Source of the DNA: a virus
Direction: 5' to 3' (one strand)
Length of the DNA stretch: 52,601 nt
IMG/VR virus record: IMGVR_UViG_3300037440_000461
Location: 1 to 52,601 of that record
This document shows, one piece after another, positions 31,352 through 38,433 of the stretch. The notes under the pieces are model-generated. The model ran no database searches. It saw only the letters and a list, made by a program, of their open reading frames with translations, and was not told where the DNA came from. Made by a program: the position numbers and the translations under genes. Position 1 is the first letter of the stretch; every line of letters begins with the position of its first letter.

Positions 31352-31566
31352 GACGCACCACCGTGAGGGCATAAGGCGGACGACTCGGGGCGAACGTAGT
31401 CGCTCTCCAACCAGCAACGTTCGCAGATCGGCCCCCACGCTTGAGGGACCGGCGCGTACAGGCTGGGGCAGCCGAGGTCGTTGTCCCGCTTCAGACTCAT
31501 GATGCCGAGAACGCGATAGCCGAGAATGGACCCCGGCTGGGTTGCGGCGACGCGTGTGATGGCCAT
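31348..31566 (-). CDS. Small Cys-containing protein (72 aa)
   Basis: ATG 31566 (MAITRVAATQPGSILGYRVLGIMSLKRDNDLGCPSLY...CERCW...). Confidence 0.5.
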   Translation of the reverse strand: MAITRVAATQPGSILGYRVLGIMSLKRDNDLGCPSLYAPVPQAWGPICERCWLESDYVRPESSALCPHGGAS

Positions 31567-31568
31567 GC

Positions 31569-31685
31569 TCACCACCCCGCCACGTGGATGATGACCAGCG
31601 CCACCGCCCACCCTGCGGCGAACCACAGGGTCAGCACGGCCCAGCCGAGCAGGTGCCGGGCCAGCGTCGGGTCCCGGCGGATCAC
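31569..31685 (-). CDS. Small membrane peptide (38 aa)
   Basis: VIRRDPTLARHLLGWAVLTLWFAAGWAVALVIIHVAGW. The GTG is GTGA-coupled to the upstream peptide. It is below the track cutoff. Confidence 0.4.
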   Translation of the reverse strand: MIRRDPTLARHLLGWAVLTLWFAAGWAVALVIIHVAGW

Positions 31686-31768
31686 GGCGCGTTCCACGAG
31701 TTCGCGACCCAGACGACCGTAGCCACGAGAATCGCGACACAAGCCAGATAGAACACTCGGACCGTCAT
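31682..31768 (-). CDS. Small membrane peptide (28 aa)
   Basis: MTVRVFYLACVAILVATVVWVANSWNAP. The ATG is ATGA-coupled to the upstream stop at 31768. Confidence 0.4.
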   Translation of the reverse strand: MTVRVFYLACVAILVATVVWVANSWNAP

Positions 31769-32010
31769 CACGGCGTGTCCTCTCCGGTGGTGGCCGGGTC
31801 GATCCCGATCACGATGCTGACGGTGGCCAGCCCGCCGCCGGCGTACAGCGGATGCCCGTCCGGGTCACGGCGGGCGCGGGTGACCTGCAGCCAGCCGCCG
31901 TCCCGGTTGGCGCGGATGGTGAGGTCGAGCAGGTCGGCGGGGTCGACCCCCCAGCCGGTGAGGGCGGCGGTGAGGGCGGTGTGGGGAATGGCGACCGGGT
32001 CGATGCTCAT
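31768..32010 (-). CDS. Hypothetical protein (80 aa)
   Basis: ATG 32010 is ATGA-coupled (MSIDPVAIPHTALTAALTGWGVDPADLLDL...). Confidence 0.55.
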   Translation of the reverse strand: MSIDPVAIPHTALTAALTGWGVDPADLLDLTIRANRDGGWLQVTRARRDPDGHPLYAGGGLATVSIVIGIDPATTGEDTP

Positions 32011-32222
32011 GTGACCACCGCCAGAGGGGGTTGTGGCTTCCGGGGCTTGCCTGGGTCGCCTTTGCCCGACTGTTCCGACGCGAGCGCTAGGGTGGCGTGG
32101 ACCTGGGCGGCGGCCAGGTGGTAGCGGGTCCGGTCGTCCATCCACCCCTCCTCGTCGGCGTCCACCTGGTTGGCGAAGTCCAGGTGCTCCTCGGCCTTCC
32201 GGTAATGCTCGGCTCCAGTCAT
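32007..32222 (-). CDS. Hypothetical acidic protein (71 aa)
   Basis: ATG 32222 with an AAGGAGAA RBS. Confidence 0.55.
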   Translation of the reverse strand: MTGAEHYRKAEEHLDFANQVDADEEGWMDDRTRYHLAAAQVHATLALASEQSGKGDPGKPRKPQPPLAVVT

Positions 32223-32223
32223 G

Positions 32224-32538
32224 TCACTTCTCCTTGTTGGTGGTGGGGTTGAGCCGGCGCAGTAGTTCGGCCGCCGGGGTCAGGTGGCCGCTGAACGCGT
32301 TGGTCTCGTGCGCGCCGAGCCGGTCGGGTCGGGGGTCGTGCCGGTCGGGCTGGTCGCCGGCGCGGTGCCGCAGCAGCAGCCACGGCAGCATCAGCAGCGC
32401 GGTTGCGCAGCCGGAGCGCCTCGCGCTGCGCCTGGCGTGTTTGCGGACGGCGGCTTTCTGGGCGCGGGTGAGCCGGCCGGAGCGGGCGGCGTGGCGGCCG
32501 GCCTCGTACCCGTTGAGGTACTCACGGCGGGGGCTCAC
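32224..32538 (-). CDS. Hypothetical basic protein (104 aa)
   Basis: GTG 32538 is GTGA-coupled (VSPRREYLNGYEAGRHAARSGRLTRAQKAAV...). Confidence 0.5.
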   Translation of the reverse strand: MSPRREYLNGYEAGRHAARSGRLTRAQKAAVRKHARRSARRSGCATALLMLPWLLLRHRAGDQPDRHDPRPDRLGAHETNAFSGHLTPAAELLRRLNPTTNKEK

Positions 32539-32741
32539 GGAGTCACCGCCGGCTGCTCCGAGCCGGGGCACCAGCTGTGACCCGAGACGGCGAAGAAGTG
32601 GGCCGGCAGCAGCGTGCCGTCGACCACCAGCCGCAGCAGCTGCTGGCACACCGGGCAGCGGGCGGTGGGGTCGCCCAGCAGCTTGGCGATCCGCGCCACC
32701 GCCGCGTCGCGGAAGCACACCCCGGACCGCTGGCTGCTCAC
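32535..32741 (-). CDS. Small Cys-containing protein (68 aa)
   Basis: GTG 32741 is GTGA-coupled (VSSQRSGVCFRDAAVARIAKLLGDPTARCPVCQQ...). Confidence 0.5.
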   Translation of the reverse strand: MSSQRSGVCFRDAAVARIAKLLGDPTARCPVCQQLLRLVVDGTLLPAHFFAVSGHSWCPGSEQPAVTP

Positions 32742-32989
32742 TCGGTCACCTCCCTTGGCGCGCCGAGGGACTGAGCCGTCTCCCAGCCGGAGTAGGGGAA
32801 GCAGCGGCGGCACAGCTCCGCCCGGCGGGCCGAGCCGGCCAGCCGCAGCGGCTCGTGGCCGGTGTCGATGCCGGTGGCGGCGCACAGGCCGCGCCAGCCG
32901 GTGAACCGCGCGCCGAACTCGTTGGTCCACCGGCGGATTTCGGTGACGGCGTGGACGGGGTAGCCGGCGACCGGCGTGGAGGCGCTCAC
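32738..32989 (-). CDS. Hypothetical protein (83 aa)
   Basis: GTG 32989 is GTGA-coupled (VSASTPVAGYPVHAVTEIRRWTNEFGARFTGW...). Confidence 0.5.
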   Translation of the reverse strand: MSASTPVAGYPVHAVTEIRRWTNEFGARFTGWRGLCAATGIDTGHEPLRLAGSARRAELCRRCFPYSGWETAQSLGAPREVTE

Positions 32990-33153
32990 GACCCCACCAC
33001 CCGCGGTGGCCGCAGCATGTGCGCGGGCGTGTCCGGGTCCATGCACCAGCACCCGCAGCCGGGCTCACCGCACGGGTGATGGTTGTCCACGTCCTCCCGG
33101 CATTCGGGGCAGGGGACGGTGTCGCCGGTGAGCGGCTGCGGGTCGCGGATCAC
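32986..33153 (-). CDS. Small Cys/His-rich protein (55 aa)
   Basis: VIRDPQPLTGDTVPCPECREDVDNHHPCGEPGCGCWCMD.... GTGA-coupled at both ends. It is below the track cutoff. Confidence 0.35.
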   Translation of the reverse strand: MIRDPQPLTGDTVPCPECREDVDNHHPCGEPGCGCWCMDPDTPAHMLRPPRVVGS

Positions 33154-33284
33154 CGGGTCACCGCTGAGCGGCAGATCGGACAGGACCGGCCACGGTTACG
33201 GTTGAACCACCACCAGCGGATCCGCCCCCGTGGCGGCCGATGCCGGAAGCACACCGGATCGGTGGCGACGTGTCGGGCGTTCAC
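33150..33284 (-). CDS. Small basic protein (44 aa)
   Basis: VNARHVATDPVCFRHRPPRGRIRWWWFNRNRGRSCPICRSAVTR. GTGA-coupled at both ends. It is below the track cutoff. Confidence 0.3.
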   Translation of the reverse strand: MNARHVATDPVCFRHRPPRGRIRWWWFNRNRGRSCPICRSAVTR

Positions 33285-33309
33285 CGGGTCACCTCCGGCG
33301 TGTTCGCGC

Positions 33310-33837
33310 TCACGACCCCACCACCTGCGGCTCGGCGGTGGGCTCGGCGGGCTCCCCGGTGGCGCAGGCCCAGTGGACCTCCACCGCCACAGCGTTGTAG
33401 GCCAGCCCTGAGGCCGCCTTGCGCTGTTCCTCCGGCCAGCCGCCGGGGCCGAGCGCGACCAGGGTGGTGTAGTCGCCGGCGGCGAACGGCACCTGGCATG
33501 CCGGGCAGCGGTCGGCGACGGTGGGGTGGTCGGCAGATCTGGGGCCGAACTTGCGGCGGCTCACCGCGCACTCCCTGCCGGTCGCGGGCGGCTCTGGCGC
33601 GCCGTCGACCCAGTCGGCGCTGCCCGGCCGGCCGCACTGCTCGTACAGCTTGGTCAGGATGTCCAGGAGCTTGTCTGGTGCGTAACCAGGTTCGAGTCGC
33701 CGAATCTTCAGGACGGCGTCGACGGCGCCGGCGGCGACCAGCGCCGCACTGGTCCGGTTGAGCGGGGTCGAGCTGTTGGCCGGGTTCGGCAAGTCGACCG
33801 TCGCCCGGGGGATGGGGGTCCAAAACCATTCGGTCAC
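33310..33837 (-). CDS. Hypothetical protein (175 aa)
   Basis: GTG 33837 is GTGA-coupled. The composition is protein-like (…LDILTKLYEQCGRPGSADWVDG…CPACQVPFAAGDY…). Confidence 0.6.
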   Translation of the reverse strand: MTEWFWTPIPRATVDLPNPANSSTPLNRTSAALVAAGAVDAVLKIRRLEPGYAPDKLLDILTKLYEQCGRPGSADWVDGAPEPPATGRECAVSRRKFGPRSADHPTVADRCPACQVPFAAGDYTTLVALGPGGWPEEQRKAASGLAYNAVAVEVHWACATGEPAEPTAEPQVVGS

Positions 33838-34127
33838 CGCGCGCCTCCTGACTGCTCGGCGGCGGGCTCGGCGGGCTTGGCGTGCCGGGCCAGGAGGGCA
33901 TCGAACTCCTCCGGGGTTAACGGGCCAGTCGTCGGCTCATCCGACTCGGCGTCGCGGATCATCTCCGCGAGCCCGAGCAGCTCGGCCCGGTCGACGGTGA
34001 TGTGCATGACGCGCTTGAACCGGGAGCGGGTGTGGATGATCAGGTAGCCTTCGTCGCCGGACGCGGCGATCTCGATGTCGGTGGCGTCCGCGCTGCGGAA
34101 GTTCCACCAGTCGGACAGCCAGCTCAT
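33834..34127 (-). CDS. Hypothetical acidic protein (97 aa)
   Basis: ATG 34127 is ATGA-coupled (MSWLSDWWNFRSADATDIEIAASGDEGYLIIH...). Confidence 0.55.
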   Translation of the reverse strand: MSWLSDWWNFRSADATDIEIAASGDEGYLIIHTRSRFKRVMHITVDRAELLGLAEMIRDAESDEPTTGPLTPEEFDALLARHAKPAEPAAEQSGGAR

Positions 34128-34690
34128 CGGGTCACCGCCCACGGCATCCGGCCTTCGGGCATCGGCTTGCGCCAGTGACCATCGGCGTTGGGCTCGTATC
34201 CCTTGTCCCGCAGCTCCGCCTCGGTACGGCAGCCGTCACGGAACAGGTGGTGGTCGAAGTTGCCGACCGTGGTGAAGGTCAGGTGGCAGACGGCGCAGTG
34301 GGCGACGGAGAGTCCACGCCAGGTCGCACCGCAGCGGCAGCGGCAGTCATCGGGCGAGGAGTCTGCGACGGCCATCGGGTCGCCAATCTCCAACTCGCCG
34401 AGGCTCAGGCTAGGACTGTCTATCCCGTCCATGCCACGGTCGGGACCATGGCATGAGCATTCACAACGATCTGGGAACAGGCAGTATCCGCTCCATGTTG
34501 GGCGTGCGCCCTTGAATGGGTGCCGGGTGGCGCGTGCAAGATCCTGTTCGATGAGTTCGGCTTGGCCTGCCTGGGGGTTTCGGCAGGCTGCCGATTTGAA
34601 GCTCGGCATGGCAGCTTGCATCGTCAGCAACGGCAGGCCGAGCGCGTTGGCCATCCGCTGAGCTGCTGCCGTCTGCTCATCTACGGTCAT
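34124..34690 (-). CDS. Zinc-binding protein (FDxH-type C-terminal motif)
   Basis: CRCRCGATWRGLSVAHCAVCHLTFTTVGNFDHHLFRDGC resembles the FDXHR-type putative zinc-binding module seen in actinophages. ATGA-coupled. Confidence 0.55.
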   Translation of the reverse strand: MTVDEQTAAAQRMANALGLPLLTMQAAMPSFKSAACRNPQAGQAELIEQDLARATRHPFKGARPTWSGYCLFPDRCECSCHGPDRGMDGIDSPSLSLGELEIGDPMAVADSSPDDCRCRCGATWRGLSVAHCAVCHLTFTTVGNFDHHLFRDGCRTEAELRDKGYEPNADGHWRKPMPEGRMPWAVTR

Positions 34691-35409
34691 GACGGACGCT
34701 CTCCGGTCTGCTTCATGTGGTCAATGTCCTGGGACACACGGTTGAGGAACTTCTCGATCTGCTCCTTCTTGCCGCGCCTGACCAGTTGGTCCCACGCAGC
34801 CTCGGCCCTCCGCTCCAGCACCCAGCCGTGGTCCTCGGCTCGCTCCTTGCGTGCTTGGACAGGCGGAAGATGGAGGTGTCGCCACTCGGCGATGCCAGCC
34901 CTGACATCACTCTCGGTTGGTTGGTCGCGCCCATCCTCGGCCGCCATCTTGCAGGCCAGCGTCCAAACTTCAGGAATGCGCGAACCTGAGCCGTTGGCTA
35001 CGGAAGTTAGCGGCCTAAGCGGGCGCACCTGAGCCTCCGTGACGGGAGTTACTTGCACACTGTGCAGGTAATTCGCTGCTATCGATTGAGCGTCCAGGAG
35101 CTGATAGACCCGTCGGGGCTGGTATCGGTGGAACCGATCACGGACCCAGGTCGAGAACTGCGATCTGGATTGCGGGTCTACCGGCGCCCCACCGCGCGAT
35201 GTCTTCGCCGTTGCACGGCGTTGCTCGTTGCGCTCATCCACCCAGCGGTGGTCCCGGTAGAGCCGACCGAGCGTGCCAGCGATCCGCATGCTGTCGGCCT
35301 GAGCCAGGCGGTCCGACTCGGCGATGTGTCGCTCGTAGTCAGCTAGCTCGACGAGCGCTGCTTGGTATTCCTGCTCGCTTAGCAGAGTCGGGGTGTCGGT
35401 GGTGGTCAT
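34687..35409 (-). CDS. Hypothetical protein (240 aa)
   Basis: ATG 35409 (MTTTDTPTLLSEQEYQAALVELADYERHIAESDRL...). GC is lower than the genome average. Confidence 0.6.
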   Translation of the reverse strand: MTTTDTPTLLSEQEYQAALVELADYERHIAESDRLAQADSMRIAGTLGRLYRDHRWVDERNEQRRATAKTSRGGAPVDPQSRSQFSTWVRDRFHRYQPRRVYQLLDAQSIAANYLHSVQVTPVTEAQVRPLRPLTSVANGSGSRIPEVWTLACKMAAEDGRDQPTESDVRAGIAEWRHLHLPPVQARKERAEDHGWVLERRAEAAWDQLVRRGKKEQIEKFLNRVSQDIDHMKQTGERPS

Positions 35410-35588
35410 CAGTGGTTGCTCCGTCCGTGGACGTGGTTGGTCACGCCGATGCCGGTCGCGGTGATGGTGGAGCGCTTGAGCTGCTTGCCCGCCTCGGGTG
35501 GGGTGACCTGGACGTTGAGGTTGTCGACGACGACGGTCACGACCACGCTGCACAGCGGGCAGGGGAAGGTGAGGCCGTTCTCGCTCAT
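35409..35588 (-). CDS. Small protein (59 aa)
   Basis: MSENGLTFPCPLCSVVVTVVVDNLNVQVTPPEAGKQLKRSTITATGIGVTNHVHGRSNH. The stop overlaps the next ATG by 1 nt. It is below the track cutoff. Confidence 0.45.
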   Translation of the reverse strand: MSENGLTFPCPLCSVVVTVVVDNLNVQVTPPEAGKQLKRSTITATGIGVTNHVHGRSNH

Positions 35589-35953
35589 CAGGCACCACCC
35601 GCCGGCTCGTCAGCTGGCTGGTCCGGGTGTGGCCGGGTACTCGGCGACCTTGTTCCCTGCCGGCCGTCACCGGCAGGTACTAGGGCCTCTTTTCCCCGGC
35701 CCCCGGCGCCCGCCGTCGCGGGCGAGTCCTTGGCCGGCTCGGCGGCGGGCAGGAACCGGCTTACCGGCACGCCCAACGCGGTGGCGATTTCTTGCAGGTC
35801 AGTGACGCCCAGCCGCGTGTTCCCGCTGAGCAGGTGCTGGGTCCGCATCCGACCCCAGCCGATCCGCCGAGCCAGCTCGCGCCGCGACAGGCCCTGTTCT
35901 TTGAGCACATCGAGGATGGCTGCGAGCACTGGCTCTGCGCTGCGATCCGTCAT
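35588..35953 (-). CDS. Cro-like HTH (Xre family) regulator, first gene of the leftward early operon
   Basis: ATG 35953. LKEQGLSRRELARRIGWGRMRTQHLLSGNTRLGVTDLQEIATALGV is an Xre-type HTH. It is divergent from the repressor gene. Confidence 0.7.
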   Translation of the reverse strand: MTDRSAEPVLAAILDVLKEQGLSRRELARRIGWGRMRTQHLLSGNTRLGVTDLQEIATALGVPVSRFLPAAEPAKDSPATAGAGGRGKEALVPAGDGRQGTRSPSTRPHPDQPADEPAGGA

Positions 35954-35963
35954 AAGCGCAGCT

Positions 35964-36078
35964 TGGCACAAGACCTGTGCGTACACAAGCGGGTAGCGCG
36001 GCACAAATCCAGAACCATCCGAACGGATGACGGAGCCATCAGCCCATCAGGTCTGCCAATGGCACGGAACCTGTGCCA
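35964..36078. promoter_or_regulatory. Divergent immunity-switch region with two related operator-like 19-mers
   Basis: TGGCAC-aagacct-GTGCgt at 35964-35982 and TGGCAC-ggaacct-GTGCCA at 36060-36078, within the 135-bp gap between the Cro-like and CI-like genes. Confidence 0.5.
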
Positions 36079-36088
36079 ACCTAGCTGT

Positions 36089-36466
36089 ATGAGTGACGTT
36101 CAAACGCTGAACGCATACGTCGCGGGGGAGCTTCGGGCCACGCTCGCACGCCGACGGATGACCGCCCGCGAGCTAGCGGAGAAGATCGGCGTCAAACGGA
36201 TGTGGGTCCAGTACCGGCTCGCCGAGACCACGAAGATGGACCTAGATGATCTCCAGCGGTTAGCCGATGGGCTCGGGCTGGACTACACGCAGCTCTTCCC
36301 ACCGCGGGGAGACGTCATGATGGGGCGATCTTCCCCCGCCACCCGTCCGGCCACTAGGCCCATCCCCCATCCGGCCGACCCCAGAAGTGCACGCACCCCC
36401 TCCCGCCGCCGCGCCGAGCGCCATCCACCGCGGCCGGCCTGGACCCACACCCCAGCGACAGCGTGA
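36089..36466 (+). CDS. CI-like repressor (Xre-family HTH)
   Basis: MSDVQTLNAYVAGELRATLARRRMTARELAEKIGVKRMWVQYRLAETTKMDLDDLQRLADGLGL is an Xre HTH. An alternative ATG lies at 36059. It is divergent from the early operon and upstream of int. Confidence 0.7.
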   Translation: MSDVQTLNAYVAGELRATLARRRMTARELAEKIGVKRMWVQYRLAETTKMDLDDLQRLADGLGLDYTQLFPPRGDVMMGRSSPATRPATRPIPHPADPRSARTPSRRRAERHPPRPAWTHTPATA

Positions 36467-36476
36467 GCACCACCGG

Positions 36477-36710
36477 TCACCCTGAGATGATGACCTTCCC
36501 GCCCACCCCGCTGGAGCTGACCTCGTCGTCCAGCTCCAGCCCGGTCGCCTCGACCACCGCCACGCTCGGCCGGCCCGTCACTCCGGTGCGGCCACGCGCG
36601 AAGGCGGCCACCACCTCATCCACCAACTCGTCGCACTCAAAGAACAGGTCGTCACTAGCGCCACAGCGGGGGCACTTCCCGTCGGCTGCGAAGTCGTCCA
36701 CAACCGCCAT
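36477..36710 (-). CDS. Small acidic CxxC protein (77 aa)
   Basis: MAVVDDFAADGKCPRCGASDDLFFECDELVDEVVAAFARG.... It has high third-position GC and is more protein-like than the S/T/P-rich plus-strand reading of the same DNA. Its ATG overlaps the int ATG head to head (CCATGG). Confidence 0.4.
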   Translation of the reverse strand: MAVVDDFAADGKCPRCGASDDLFFECDELVDEVVAAFARGRTGVTGRPSVAVVEATGLELDDEVSSSGVGGKVIISG

Positions 36711-37518
36711 GGTCGCAGACCCGGCCCCCGGCGACCTGCACCACCTCGGCGCCTGGCTGAGCCACCTGCAGCTCGCAAGCCACCCGCAGACCACCGTCGC
36801 CACCTACCGGTCGGTGCTGCGCAGCGCCGCTCGGGAGCTGCCGCACGGGCTGTGCGCGCAACCCCAGGAGATCGTCGTCTGGCTGGCCGCACACCGGGCG
36901 GCGAACACCCGCGCCGGCTACGCCACCGCGCTACGCGCCTTCTACCGCTGGTGCCTGGCCGACGGGCGGATCACGGTCGACCCGACCGCCGGGCTGCCGG
37001 CGCCCCGGCAGCGGCGCGGCGTACCCCGGCCGGTGACCGACGCCGAGCTCGCCACGCTGCTCGGCCGGGCGCGGCAGCCGGTGGCGACCTGGTGCCTGCT
37101 CGCGGCCTACGCCGGGCTCAGGTGCTGCGAGGTGTCCCGGCTGGCCCGCGCCGACATCACCCCGGACGTGATCTACCTGCTCGGGAAGGGGGACAAGCCG
37201 CGGGCGGTGCCCACCCATCCGCTGGTGTGGGCCGCCGCGGTCGAGCTGCCACCGGGGCCGGTGGCCGGTGGCCGCACCCCGGCGACCGTGTCGCATCGGA
37301 TCGCTGGGGAGGCGCGGCGGCTGGGGCTGGCCGGGGTGACCGCCCACCGGCTCCGGCACTGGTGCCTGACCCAGGTTCAGCGCGGTGGGGACCTGAGGGT
37401 CACCCAGGAGATCGCCGGGCACTCGTCGCCGGCGACCACCGCGGTCTACACGCAGGTGTCGGACGCGGCGAAGCGGGCGGCGGTGCTGGGGCTACCCCAG
37501 CCGACGTTCAGCCGCTAG
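36709..37518 (+). CDS. int: Tyrosine recombinase / integrase, short XerC/D-like form (269 aa)
   Basis: Core-binding SAM-like N-domain (TVATYRSVLRSAARELP...GYATALRAFYRWCL) and catalytic residues in AGLRCCEV, HRLRHW and ATTAVYTQ (R, HxxR, Y). ATG 36709. Confidence 0.85.
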   Translation: MVADPAPGDLHHLGAWLSHLQLASHPQTTVATYRSVLRSAARELPHGLCAQPQEIVVWLAAHRAANTRAGYATALRAFYRWCLADGRITVDPTAGLPAPRQRRGVPRPVTDAELATLLGRARQPVATWCLLAAYAGLRCCEVSRLARADITPDVIYLLGKGDKPRAVPTHPLVWAAAVELPPGPVAGGRTPATVSHRIAGEARRLGLAGVTAHRLRHWCLTQVQRGGDLRVTQEIAGHSSPATTAVYTQVSDAAKRAAVLGLPQPTFSR

Positions 37519-38037
37519 CCGCAGCAGCGCTGAGCGGGTGGTGCCCGCCGCCCGCGCGGCGGCGTCCAGCCGGCCGATTAGGTCGGTCGGCAGCCGCATC
37601 GAGATCATCTCCAGGGTGCCGCTGGGCCGCTCGGCCGCCGGTGCCGGGTCGCCCGCCAGCAGCTGCTCGGCCCCTTCACGGACCAGCGCTGAGCGGGTGG
37701 TGCCGGTCTGCCGGGCGTGGGCGTCGAGCCGGTCGAGCAGCGCCGGCGGGAACCGGAGCGACACCAGCGGCCCGACCGGCGGCCGGCCGCCGGGACCCCG
37801 CCCGGACAGTACCGTGATCAGCTTGCCGTCGGTGTGGATGGTGCCGCCGAACTCGGCGGCCAGCACCGCGGCGATGTGCTCGGCGAGCTCGCGGGGCCAG
37901 TCGCCCCACCACTCGCCGATCGCCGCGCCGGAGCGGTGCCCGGCCACGTGCCGGACCCGGACCGCGTAGCCGTCGTCCCCGTCGTAGTGGCCGTGGCCGG
38001 CCATCAGGGCGGCTTTGATCTCGCGCATCGTCTGCAT
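37492..38037 (-). CDS. DNA-binding protein with two tandem ribbon-helix-helix (CopG/Arc-like) modules
   Basis: LVSLRFPPALLDRLDAHARQTGTTRSALVREGAEQLL and MISMRLPTDLIGRLDAAARAAGTTRSALLRLAAERRL follow a 90-aa N-domain. The 3' end overlaps the int 3' end by 27 nt (convergent). Confidence 0.65.
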   Translation of the reverse strand: MQTMREIKAALMAGHGHYDGDDGYAVRVRHVAGHRSGAAIGEWWGDWPRELAEHIAAVLAAEFGGTIHTDGKLITVLSGRGPGGRPPVGPLVSLRFPPALLDRLDAHARQTGTTRSALVREGAEQLLAGDPAPAAERPSGTLEMISMRLPTDLIGRLDAAARAAGTTRSALLRLAAERRLG

Positions 38038-38363
38038 CAGAGCACCACCAGGTGCTCGAAGCCGCCGGTCAGGTAGTCGGCCGTTTTCGAAGGTGTGGCC
38101 AGGATCCGCACCTGGTCGCCGACCTCGGGCAGCCCCCGCAGCGTCCCGTCGGCGGTGTGGGCCAGGTCGCCGATGGCCTGGATGGTGACCGTCGCCTCGC
38201 CCGCGTCGACGGTGTAGATCAGCTGGTGTGGGCGGGCGTGGGGGACCTCGTCCGCGGCGGTGACGGTGCCCTCGATCTGGGTGTACTCGGTCCGGCGGAT
38301 GGTGGGTTCGCCGGTCCGCCAGTCGATCCGGCCCTGCTTCTCGATGGTGACCTTCGTGATCAT
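38037..38363 (-). CDS. Hypothetical beta-rich protein (108 aa)
   Basis: ATG 38363 behind GGGAGGG and a near-consensus promoter. The stop overlaps the RHH gene ATG by 1 nt. Confidence 0.6.
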   Translation of the reverse strand: MITKVTIEKQGRIDWRTGEPTIRRTEYTQIEGTVTAADEVPHARPHQLIYTVDAGEATVTIQAIGDLAHTADGTLRGLPEVGDQVRILATPSKTADYLTGGFEHLVVL

Positions 38364-38392
38364 CTGTGTTCCCTCCCTAGCTCTGCTTGTAT

Positions 38393-38433
38393 ATACAGAA
38401 TAGGTCAGGAGGCCGGCCGGCGTCAATACAGAA
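38393..38433 (-). promoter_or_regulatory. Near-consensus sigma70/HrdB-type promoter with flanking 8-nt direct repeats
   Basis: The minus strand reads TTCTGTA-TTGACG-N18-TATTCT-GTAT. The -35 is at 38421-38426 and the -10 at 38397-38402. The repeat TTCTGTAT (plus strand ATACAGAA) at 38393-38400 and 38426-38433 overlaps both hexamers. This is the only strongly AT-rich patch in the neighbourhood. Confidence 0.55.

Noticed and set aside
36463-36708. 82-codon N-terminal extension of the integrase (MSTTGHPEMM...).
   Set aside because: It is a Ser/Thr/Pro-rich string with no similarity to integrase arm-binding domains. The opposite strand has the more protein-like frame, and ATG 36709 starts right at the core-binding domain.
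37528-37704. 21-nt direct repeat CAGCGCTGAGCGGGTGGTGCC (about 37528 and 37684) as a possible regulatory repeat or att arm site.
   Set aside because: Both copies lie in frame within the two RHH modules, where each encodes TTRSAL. The repeat reflects an internal domain duplication of the protein.
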